Source: Kiritimatiellia bacterium
GTDB lineage: Bacteria; Verrucomicrobiota; Kiritimatiellia; RFP12; UBA1067
Assembly: GCA_045656285.1 (NCBI GenBank)
Contig: JAZOQY010000032.1
Location: forward strand, 6,758-70,757
Length of the DNA: 64,000 bases
Direction of reading: 5' to 3'
Position numbers and translations under genes: made by a program. Of this stretch, positions 36,992 to 44,622 are shown piece after piece. The notes below the pieces were generated by a model that saw only the letters and a program-made list of their open reading frames with translations, was not told the DNA's origin and searched no databases. The first letter of the stretch is position 1, and each line of letters begins with the position of its first letter.

Positions 36992-38050
36992 ATGAGAACT
37001 AATACAACAGATGGCGTTCTTAAGCGCGATATACTGGAATGGCACGTTCCAGAGGAGGTCCTTGCGGTCTTGCTGAAAGACCGCTCGACGGGGCGCAATC
37101 TCATCTGGGCGACGGACGACTATACCGCGCGCGGCAAAGGCTTTGGCGTGAACGATGAGATACAGGTCGCGCAGATTGCGGACAGAGACCATCCCGTGAT
37201 TCGTCCTCGCGTGGACAAAAATGCGGAGGAACAACGGCAGCGCTCTGTCAAGCGCGCGGAAGTGTTCACGCCGTCATGGATATGCAACAAGCAGAACAAC
37301 CTTGTGGATGCCGCCTGGTTTGGATGGAAGAAACGCGATTCAAGTCCGTTCAATACCGAAATCGTCAAGTTTGATTCTGAAGCCGAATTCGGCTGGAAAT
37401 CAACTTGCGGCAAGCATATAAAATTCCCCAAAGGTAAGACCTGGCAGGAATATGTCAAGGCTCCGCGTCTGGAGGTGTCGTGCGGGGAGGCTCCGTATCT
37501 TGCAAGTAGATATGACACGGTAAGCGGCAGGATTATTCCCGTAGGCGAACGCATTGGGTTGCTGGATCGCAAGCTGCGCGTGATTACGGAGAATATCGGC
37601 ATGGGTGATATACAGGATTGGCTGTATTACGCCAAACGTGCGGTGCAAAGCATTTATGGCTTCGACTGGCAAGGCGACAATGTCCTTCTTGCGCGGGAGA
37701 ATGTGCTGTTTACGGTCGTTGAAAGCTTCAATGCGGATTTCTTCGGGGAGGAGAGTTCGGGGTTGAATTGGACGACGAAGTCATTGCTGGAGTTTGCCGA
37801 AATCATCAGCTGGAACATCTGGCAGATGGATGGAATCAAGTATGTCGTGCCGATGAGCTGTAAGCCGAAGGTGACGAAAGAAACGCTTCTTGACGGAACT
37901 GTTAAAACACATGTTGAAGAGTGTCCTGGTTGCAGTAAGAAAGGAAATCGTCAGCACTTTGGCACGTATTGCAAGGTCATGGATTGGAATACAGGCGAGC
38001 CGGTCGAATTCAGGGCGATTGCAGAAAACGGAGGTGGGCATGGCAAATAG
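36992..38050 (+). CDS. Hypothetical protein with methyltransferase-fold-like motifs but no (D/N)PPY; restriction-modification associated
   Basis: The 352-aa ORF leads the RM operon. AEVFTPSWICNKQNNLVD resembles gamma-class motif X, and RLEVSCGEAPYLASRYD resembles motif I. No NPPY or DPPY is present. A Cys pair (CPGCSKKG) lies near the C-terminus. Confidence 0.65.
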   Translation: MRTNTTDGVLKRDILEWHVPEEVLAVLLKDRSTGRNLIWATDDYTARGKGFGVNDEIQVAQIADRDHPVIRPRVDKNAEEQRQRSVKRAEVFTPSWICNKQNNLVDAAWFGWKKRDSSPFNTEIVKFDSEAEFGWKSTCGKHIKFPKGKTWQEYVKAPRLEVSCGEAPYLASRYDTVSGRIIPVGERIGLLDRKLRVITENIGMGDIQDWLYYAKRAVQSIYGFDWQGDNVLLARENVLFTVVESFNADFFGEESSGLNWTTKSLLEFAEIISWNIWQMDGIKYVVPMSCKPKVTKETLLDGTVKTHVEECPGCSKKGNRQHFGTYCKVMDWNTGEPVEFRAIAENGGGHGK

Positions 38051-39149
38051 AAACAGAAAGAAAACCGCGTCTGTCGAGGTTGTCGAAAGCGTGGAGAAAG
38101 AACTTTATGAGAACGTTCGAGCCTACATATCTGCGGCGCGTGCAAAGGTCTATACTGTAGCTAATGCGGAGATGGTAAAGGCATACTGGAACGTCGGACG
38201 CGAAATTGTCGAAAAACAGGGTGGCGCAGATCATGCGAAGTATGGGGATGGCTTGATTAAGAACCTGTCAGTGAAGCTGACTGCTGAATTTGGGCCTGGC
38301 TATACGGGGGCAAATTTGCGCTATATGCGACTTGTGTATCTTGCATTTCCGAATTGTCACACACTGTGTGACAAATTGAGTTGGTCGCATTATCGTCTGT
38401 TGGCAGCAGTGGATAAAATTGAAGCGCGTGATTTCTATTTGTCAGAGGCTGTGAAGTGTAAGTGGAGCGTTCGAGATTTGCAAAGACAGATTGAGACGCA
38501 GTTTTACCAGCGGCTGATTGCAAATCATGTCGATTTGTCTTCTGCGGGAAATCTTGTTAAGCGAGGGAAGGTGGAGGCACGGGACATCGTCCGTAGTCCT
38601 GCAATTCTGGAGTTTGCCGGTATTTCTCCAGCGGAGTACAAGGAAAAGGATCTTCAAACAGGGCTTGTCAAACACCTTAGCAAGTTCATGTTGGAACTGG
38701 GGCGTGGTTTTGCGCTTGTGCGTGAGCAGTGTCCCATACAGATCGGGAACGAGACTTATCATTGTGATCTCCTGTTCTACAACTTCATTGCTCGGTGCTT
38801 TGTCTTGATTGACCTTAAAGTCGGGAAGGTAACACCGCAGGATATCGGGCAGATGCAGCTCTACAAGCATTACTACGAACGTGAAATGATGAATCCCGGC
38901 GACAATCCGCCGATAGGAATTGTTCTTGGCTCCGACAGAGATGAGGCGGTCATCCGTTATACTCTCAACGAACATGAGCGCAATCTTTTTGCGGTGAAGT
39001 ACCATCTTGATCTGCCGACGGTCGAGGAGCTGAGCCTTGAATTGCAGCGTGAACGCGCCGCTATTGAAGAGGCCATGGCGCTTCGCGCCCTCTCGCCGGA
39101 TGATAAATGTGTCGAAGGGATTTCGTTGAAAGTTAAAAAAAACGAGTGA
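38040..39149 (+). CDS. DUF1016/YhcG-family PDDEXK nuclease-domain protein
   Basis: The N-terminal half (YWNVGREIVEKQGG...YGDGLIKNLSVKL...LSWSHYRLL) and the C-terminal HCDLLFYN...FVLIDLKVGK core match YhcG. ATG 38040 overlaps the upstream stop by 11 nt. Confidence 0.75.
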   Translation: MANRNRKKTASVEVVESVEKELYENVRAYISAARAKVYTVANAEMVKAYWNVGREIVEKQGGADHAKYGDGLIKNLSVKLTAEFGPGYTGANLRYMRLVYLAFPNCHTLCDKLSWSHYRLLAAVDKIEARDFYLSEAVKCKWSVRDLQRQIETQFYQRLIANHVDLSSAGNLVKRGKVEARDIVRSPAILEFAGISPAEYKEKDLQTGLVKHLSKFMLELGRGFALVREQCPIQIGNETYHCDLLFYNFIARCFVLIDLKVGKVTPQDIGQMQLYKHYYEREMMNPGDNPPIGIVLGSDRDEAVIRYTLNEHERNLFAVKYHLDLPTVEELSLELQRERAAIEEAMALRALSPDDKCVEGISLKVKKNE

Positions 39150-39179
39150 GATTACTAAATCGGTGTAAAGGAACTGAAA

Positions 39180-42100
39180 ATGATAACCATAAGCAACTTC
39201 AAAACTGTACTTTCGACATGTCTCGGTTTTGCACAGACTGATATACTAAAACCTAATACGTGGACGCGAGTGTTTCGCCACGGCAAAGACGGAAAATCGG
39301 ATTGTGTATTATCGGTAGATTTTGAGAAGCAGAAAATTGACTATGACGATGCTGGAATAGACATTGGCGGCGGCACGACGGTAAGCTTCGCGCCCGATGC
39401 GAACGGCAAGGTGCAAAACGAGAACTTTGTTGTTTTCGAGTGTGTTGTACGTCTCCTTTCCAAAGGCTATAAGGCGTGTGACATATTTCTTGAGAAGAAA
39501 CACACGCTCGGACACAGCCAAAAATCTGGACGTCTTGACATTACCGTAGCAAAGGATGGGAATGCCTATCTCATCATTGAGTGCAAGACCGCAGGAACAG
39601 AATACAAAAAGGCTCGCAAGGAACTTTTCGGCGATCCTGAAGGAAAGCAACTTTTCAGTTATTGGGCGCAGGCGCGTTCGACGAAGTGGCTGCAATTGTA
39701 CGCCTCTGATTATGATGCCACAAGTAACGCAATAGCGGTTGAAGAGGAAATCATCCGTTCCCATGATGATAGAAATATCGAACTACTTGCTTCTAAAGAT
39801 GCACCCATTGCGCTTTACAGATCAGCGTCGGAGGCTACAGATGCGTGGAGAGTCTGGGACGAGACTTATCACAAAGAGACATATAGGAGCCTTGTTTTTG
39901 GTGACAATTGTGTCGCGTACAATATCGGCATCCAGCCGCTTGTAAAAAAGGATTTGCGCCGGTTTACGCAGGAAGATGGATTTACGAACACTTTTCGCGA
40001 AATACTGCGGCACAATGCGATTAGCGACAAAGAAAACGCTTTCAACAAGCTGCTTTCGCTTTTCATTTGCAAATTTGTCGATGAAGCCCGTTGCAGCGAG
40101 CAGGACGTTGTTTCATTTCAGTATAAGGACGGTCAGGACGATTATTATTCCCTCTATGAACGGTTGCTTGCCCTCTTCCAGATTGGCATGAAGGACTATC
40201 TCAAGGAGGAGGTCTTCTATCTGGAGAACGACTACATAACAAAGACACTCGACACTTTTACGGGTAAAAAACGTAAAGCCCTAGAAGCGGAACTTAAAGA
40301 CAAGTTCCAGAAGACGAAGATGCTTTCTTGCCAGGTGTTCGCTTTCCGCGAGGTTTACAATGAAACGCTTTTCCTTCAGAATGGCAAGGTCCTGGTGGAG
40401 ATTGTGAAACTGATGCAGCAGTATCAGTTTGCGTATTCATCCAAGGAACAGTTGTTGGGTGATCTTTTCGAGAATCTTCTAAGCCAGGGGTTCAAGCAGG
40501 AAGCGGGGCAATTCTTCACGCCTACGCCTATAACGCGCTTTGTGTGGAACGCACTTCCCTACGAACGTTTCCTCAATTGCGCAAAGAAGTCAGTGCCGCG
40601 TGTCATAGACTTTGCTTGTGGATCGGGGCATTTCCTGACCGAGGGCATTGCTGCAATTTCGGATTTCTACCGAACCGCAGGACTCTCCAAGGAAAAGTTT
40701 CCCGATTCTGCTATTTCGCGCAAGTTCTTCGGAATCGAGAAGGACAATCGCCTTGCAAAGGTCTCAAAGATAGCAATGATTCTGAACGGCGCTCTTGAAG
40801 GTCGGATAAAGGCTGACGATGGACTTGAACATGACGAGGATTTTCTCGGCAAGAAACACTCTTTTGACATCCTTGTCGCGAATCCTCCATATTCCGTCGA
40901 CTCTTTCAAGACGCATGAATCTGTCACTGTGCAGAAAGCGTATGAGACAATTTCTCTAATGTCAATAGACTGTTCCCGCATTCAAAACGTCTTTGTGGAG
41001 CGAATGGAGCATCTGTTGAAATCAGGCGGCATTTCGGCAATTGTTCTGCCGTCGCCGTTTCTGACAAATGACGAAAGCGACACTAACAAGGCCCGTGAAA
41101 TATTGTTGCACAATTTCACGATAAGGGCCATTGCCGAATTCGGGAACAAAGCATTTGCCGAGACTGGGACGAATACCGTAATCCTTTTCCTTGAACACTT
41201 CAACTTTCCTCCGCGCAAAGCGGCCTTGCTGAACGATACGGTCGATGCGATCCTTTCCGGCGAGGAGCTGTCCGATTGGGAGGATAAAGAAATATTCTCT
41301 GCGTACCTTTCCAAGATTGGTGTCGCCGAAAATGACTATCTCGACGCAATGTCTGAAACGTTTTCGCCGGACACTTTCAGTACAGACTATTTCAAGGCTT
41401 ATGTTGGCGCATTGCTTTCTAAAGGTGCCATTGCGAAAGACGTGGAGAAAGCGGCGAAAGAAAAAGACCCAACGAAAAAAGCGGAAATCCAAAAGAGGAT
41501 AAAGGAGCGGTTTTACATCGCACTCAAAGAGACGGAGCGGGCAAAAATACTCGCATTTGCCATCGTGCGCAAGCAGAAGACTGTACTTGTCAAGTCGCCT
41601 ACTGACAATGACGAGCAGGAGCGTTTTCTCGGTTACAAGTTCTCGAAGCGCCGCAATTCGGAGGGCTTGAGCGAAACTGGTACAAGCCAGTTGACGAACA
41701 ACCACGACCGCGCCGACAAAACAAAAATTGCCTACGCCATAAAAAATGCTTTCGCGGACGATTATGTATTGCCCAATGGAATGAACCATGTCTCGGTTGT
41801 CAACACCGCAGATATGCTTGATTTCTCCCGTCCGTATTTTAATTGGTCTTTTTCCTTGTCATCCAAAGCAGTGTCAGCCATTTCAAGCAAGTTTCATCTT
41901 GTAAAGATGGCGGATGTTATCAACCTTCGTTCAGGACAAGACCTGACCCCAGAGCGTTATAATGACAATCAAGAAGGAATCCCGTATATCACGGGCGCCA
42001 GTAATTTTGAGGGAGGTGAAATTATAATAAACCGCTGGACTTCTTCGCCTACATCTATAGCGAACAAGGGGGACTTACTCATTACTTGTAAAGGTACTGT

Positions 42101-42464
42101 CGGCAAAATGGCATATTTGCATGTTGACAAGGCTCATATAGCTCGTCAGATAATGGGTATAACAGCAAAGAAAAACTTGAAGTTGTCATATCTGAAATAT
42201 ATTCTTGAAATTATTGTAGTTCATTTGTCTGCGCAGGCAAAAGGCATGATTCCTGGTATCAAGCGAGAGGACATATTAAACGCTGATATTCCATTGCCAC
42301 CACTTGATGTTCAGAAAAAGGTAGTTGCAGAGTGCGAAAAAGTGGATGAAGAATACAATACTTCGCGTATGGCGATAGAGGAATACCGCGCCAAAATCGC
42401 CAAGGTTTTTGCAGACCTTGAAGTTATAATTGCACAAAATGGGGGGGGGGGTATAAGAAAATGA
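39180..42464 (+). CDS. Single-chain restriction-modification enzyme: N-terminal PD-(D/E)XK nuclease, gamma-class N6-adenine methyltransferase and one C-terminal HsdS-type target-recognition domain (type IIG/IIB-like)
   Basis: GRLDITV...AYLIIECK nuclease motif. GQFFTPTPI (motif X), VIDFACGSGHFL (motif I) and LVANPPYS (motif IV). The last ~200 aa look like a Methylase_S TRD plus a conserved helix (KKVVAECEKVDEEYN...). Confidence 0.8.
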   Translation: MITISNFKTVLSTCLGFAQTDILKPNTWTRVFRHGKDGKSDCVLSVDFEKQKIDYDDAGIDIGGGTTVSFAPDANGKVQNENFVVFECVVRLLSKGYKACDIFLEKKHTLGHSQKSGRLDITVAKDGNAYLIIECKTAGTEYKKARKELFGDPEGKQLFSYWAQARSTKWLQLYASDYDATSNAIAVEEEIIRSHDDRNIELLASKDAPIALYRSASEATDAWRVWDETYHKETYRSLVFGDNCVAYNIGIQPLVKKDLRRFTQEDGFTNTFREILRHNAISDKENAFNKLLSLFICKFVDEARCSEQDVVSFQYKDGQDDYYSLYERLLALFQIGMKDYLKEEVFYLENDYITKTLDTFTGKKRKALEAELKDKFQKTKMLSCQVFAFREVYNETLFLQNGKVLVEIVKLMQQYQFAYSSKEQLLGDLFENLLSQGFKQEAGQFFTPTPITRFVWNALPYERFLNCAKKSVPRVIDFACGSGHFLTEGIAAISDFYRTAGLSKEKFPDSAISRKFFGIEKDNRLAKVSKIAMILNGALEGRIKADDGLEHDEDFLGKKHSFDILVANPPYSVDSFKTHESVTVQKAYETISLMSIDCSRIQNVFVERMEHLLKSGGISAIVLPSPFLTNDESDTNKAREILLHNFTIRAIAEFGNKAFAETGTNTVILFLEHFNFPPRKAALLNDTVDAILSGEELSDWEDKEIFSAYLSKIGVAENDYLDAMSETFSPDTFSTDYFKAYVGALLSKGAIAKDVEKAAKEKDPTKKAEIQKRIKERFYIALKETERAKILAFAIVRKQKTVLVKSPTDNDEQERFLGYKFSKRRNSEGLSETGTSQLTNNHDRADKTKIAYAIKNAFADDYVLPNGMNHVSVVNTADMLDFSRPYFNWSFSLSSKAVSAISSKFHLVKMADVINLRSGQDLTPERYNDNQEGIPYITGASNFEGGEIIINRWTSSPTSIANKGDLLITCKGTVGKMAYLHVDKAHIARQIMGITAKKNLKLSYLKYILEIIVVHLSAQAKGMIPGIKREDILNADIPLPPLDVQKKVVAECEKVDEEYNTSRMAIEEYRAKIAKVFADLEVIIAQNGGGGIRK
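42441..42451 (+). repeat. G11 homopolymer tract at the end of the R-M-S gene, 9 nt before the hsdS-like ATG
   Basis: Direct count gives aaaat-ggggggggggg-tataagaaaATG. It encodes the GGGG near the C-terminus of the 1094-aa protein. Confidence 0.95.
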
Positions 42465-43027
42465 TTGATATAAGTGTTATCAATGTTGACTCAATAGACC
42501 CTAGTGCGTATCCAGACAAAGAGTTTACGTATATTGACATTGACGCGGTTCAGAATGGTGAAGGAACGTTTGCGACCGATAAGAAGATTCTTGGTTCTAA
42601 CGCTCCGTCAAGAGCGCGCAGGATTGCAAGAAGCAACTCTACCCTTGTCTCTACTGTTCGCCCTAATCTGAAAGGCTTTGCTTATGTAGAGAATGAAATA
42701 AAGGATGCTGTGTATTCGACGGGTTTTGCAGTCTTAAAAAGCAAAGATACAGATGTTCTTCTAGACAAGATGATTTACTATATGTTCATGTATTCCAACG
42801 ACCTTATGGAGCAAATGATAGCCGCCATGCCGAAAGGATCCTATCCGTCAATCAATAAGGATGACATAGAGAACTTTATTATCCCAATCCCGCCTATTGA
42901 CGAACAGAAGAAAATTGTTGCAGAAGTTGTGAACTATGAATCCAAAATCACCAAGGCGAAAGCGGTCATGGATTCCGCACCAGCTCGCAAACAGGCTATA
43001 CTGCGAAAGTATGGAGTGATTGCATGA
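42461..43027 (+). CDS. Half-size HsdS-like specificity subunit (single target-recognition domain)
   Basis: 188 aa, with a TRD-like N-terminal part and a conserved C-terminal helix PIPPIDEQKKIVAEVVNYESKI. The start overlaps the upstream stop (ATGA). Confidence 0.75.
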   Translation: MIDISVINVDSIDPSAYPDKEFTYIDIDAVQNGEGTFATDKKILGSNAPSRARRIARSNSTLVSTVRPNLKGFAYVENEIKDAVYSTGFAVLKSKDTDVLLDKMIYYMFMYSNDLMEQMIAAMPKGSYPSINKDDIENFIIPIPPIDEQKKIVAEVVNYESKITKAKAVMDSAPARKQAILRKYGVIA

Positions 43028-43029
43028 TA

Positions 43030-43193
43030 AGTTCTTGGTATAGATTTGATACCGACTGGTCGCGTCCAATTCCTGAGATCGACGCGCAGCTATACGCGAA
43101 TACGGCCTCACCGAAGCCGAGCAGAAGTTCATCGAATCCATGATCAAGCCGATGGAGCCTAGCGGCGCTTTCCGCGGTAGTTTGAATTTCTAA
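43030..43193 (+). pseudogene. Frameshifted 3' remnant of another restriction/modification-type gene (C-terminal tail only)
   Basis: One frame reads SWYRFDTDWSRPIPEIDAQLY. The adjacent frame reads REYGLTEAEQKFIESMIKPME. This LYxxYGLTEEE..FIExxIKPM tail is one I associate with large RM/helicase enzymes. There is no start codon and a TGA at 43074. Confidence 0.45.
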
Positions 43194-43206
43194 TGAAAGG
43201 AGAAGT

Positions 43207-44136
43207 ATGAAGCAATATGTTAAGGTGATGTTGGGGCGTAAAAGCTGTATGGCGGACAAGTGCCATGCGGATGGATTTATCGGCGCGGGATTCCTCTCAA
43301 AAGTCGATTTTTCGAAAAATCTTTATGATGAGTGGCGAGAATTCAACAAGAAGTATATCCCGGTCTATTTGAAGGAATGCCCGGGGAAGAGTAGGGTCGC
43401 GGCGGGTTTAAGCTGCGGTTATCTTTGGACGGTTTGCAAAGGGCTTCGGACTGGTGATGTTGTCCTTTCGCCGACAGGGAACAAGGGCGAACTGTACGTT
43501 GGCGAGGTGATCGGTGACTATTATTACGTGAAGGGCAACGACTTTCCGCACCGTCGTAAGGTTAAATGGTACAACGTCATCCTTCATCGCGAAGACATGA
43601 GTGAAGATCTCCAGCATTCCTCTGGAGCAATTGGAACCTGTGCAGATCTTTCAAAATATGCACAGGAGATCGAGAAGCTAATCGGCACGAACGCGCCTGT
43701 TCGAGTCATGACGAATGATCCAGACATCGAGGACCCGAGTGTCTTTGCGATGGAGAAGTATCTCGAAGAGTTCCTTGTTTCGAATTGGAAGAATACCGAC
43801 CTTGGCAAGAAATACGATATCTTCAGCGACGAGGGCGAGACGATAGGAGAGCAGTATCCGACCGATACGGGGCCCATTGACATACTGGCCATCAGCAAAG
43901 ACCGCAAGACAGTACTTGTTATTGAACTTAAGCGAGGTCAGGCCTCTGATCGCGTCGTCGGTCAGATCCAACGCTACATGGGTTACGTGAAGGATGAAGT
44001 CCTCGAAAAAGGACAGAAGTTGAAGGGTTTAATCATCGGTCTTAAACCTGATCAAGGTCTCAAGCGGGCGCTTTCTATGTGTCCTGATATCGAATTCCGC
44101 CGTTACAAAGTCGACTTCAAGTTGCTAAAGGATTGA
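43207..44136 (+). CDS. NucS/DUF91-like PD-(D/E)XK nuclease with an unassigned N-terminal domain
   Basis: RBS aaaggaga. The C-terminal half (LEEFLVSNWKNTDLG...GPIDILAISKDRKTVLVIELKRGQASDRVVGQIQRYMGYV) matches the NucS-type nuclease core. Confidence 0.65.
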   Translation: MKQYVKVMLGRKSCMADKCHADGFIGAGFLSKVDFSKNLYDEWREFNKKYIPVYLKECPGKSRVAAGLSCGYLWTVCKGLRTGDVVLSPTGNKGELYVGEVIGDYYYVKGNDFPHRRKVKWYNVILHREDMSEDLQHSSGAIGTCADLSKYAQEIEKLIGTNAPVRVMTNDPDIEDPSVFAMEKYLEEFLVSNWKNTDLGKKYDIFSDEGETIGEQYPTDTGPIDILAISKDRKTVLVIELKRGQASDRVVGQIQRYMGYVKDEVLEKGQKLKGLIIGLKPDQGLKRALSMCPDIEFRRYKVDFKLLKD

Positions 44137-44149
44137 GGAGGTTGAATGG

Positions 44150-44218
44150 ATGCTTAACTTCATCATTAACTACGACATCAAATACCGCATGGGCGACGAA
44201 CTGAACGCGGAGGAGTAA
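44150..44218 (+). CDS. Possible 22-aa ORF (MLNFIINYDIKYRMGDELNAEE)
   Basis: It is preceded by gaggagg. There is no other support. Confidence 0.2.
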   Translation: MLNFIINYDIKYRMGDELNAEE

Positions 44219-44243
44219 TAAATTTGAAAGGATTACATACGGC

Positions 44244-44459
44244 ATGGGAGAAGAATTAGTTTTTGGCAAGGGGTTGCCAGGTCGTGTGGCCCTCGCCAAC
44301 TCGCGGGATCGGCTTGTTGCTCCGATGAATCCTGCTGGAGGGGCTATGGCAATTTGCACTCGTGATCGGCTGATTTCGCCGTGTAATCCGTCCACACGTA
44401 CACAGGATCGATTGCCGACACCAACACGTCCACAGGGTTCGGGAACGCAACGGCATTAA
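44244..44459 (+). CDS. Small protein (71 aa) with three DRLxxPx(N/R)P repeats
   Basis: Repeats lie at 44307-44333, 44364-44390 and 44406-44432. At the conserved residues they differ from each other at synonymous codon positions. The RBS is weak. Confidence 0.45.
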   Translation: MGEELVFGKGLPGRVALANSRDRLVAPMNPAGGAMAICTRDRLISPCNPSTRTQDRLPTPTRPQGSGTQRH

Positions 44460-44475
44460 TTTGAGGAGGGTAATT

Positions 44476-44580
44476 ATGAATGATAGAGGAGATGTTGTAA
44501 AATCGGTGGGCGGCGTCGTGCAAGGTACTGCAGACCGATTGTCGGCACCTGCAAACCCCGTGACGCGTCCTGTGAAATAG
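44476..44580 (+). CDS. Small ORF (34 aa) carrying a fourth DRLxxPxNP motif, in frame with the downstream SLATT-like ORF across a single TAG
   Basis: AGGAGG lies 6 nt before ATG 44476. The motif is at 44533-44559. TAG at 44578-44580 is followed directly by the same-frame ORF starting at 44581. Confidence 0.45.
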   Translation: MNDRGDVVKSVGGVVQGTADRLSAPANPVTRPVK

Positions 44581-44622
44581 GTGGACGTTTTGGGCGAATC
44601 GCTGACAGATCGCTTCTGGATA

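Noticed and set aside
38442-41789. Minus-strand ORFs 38442-39005 (187 aa) and 41022-41789 (255 aa) inside the island
   Set aside because: They are antisense to the DUF1016 and R-M-S genes. They have no RBS, no motifs and an odd composition. I treat them as non-coding.
44297-44560. Reading the four DRL-motif units purely as repeated RNA hairpins of an RT template ncRNA
   Set aside because: This is not adopted as the primary call. The copies differ mainly at synonymous codon positions while the encoded residues stay the same, which favours a coding constraint. It is kept as an alternative in the finding.
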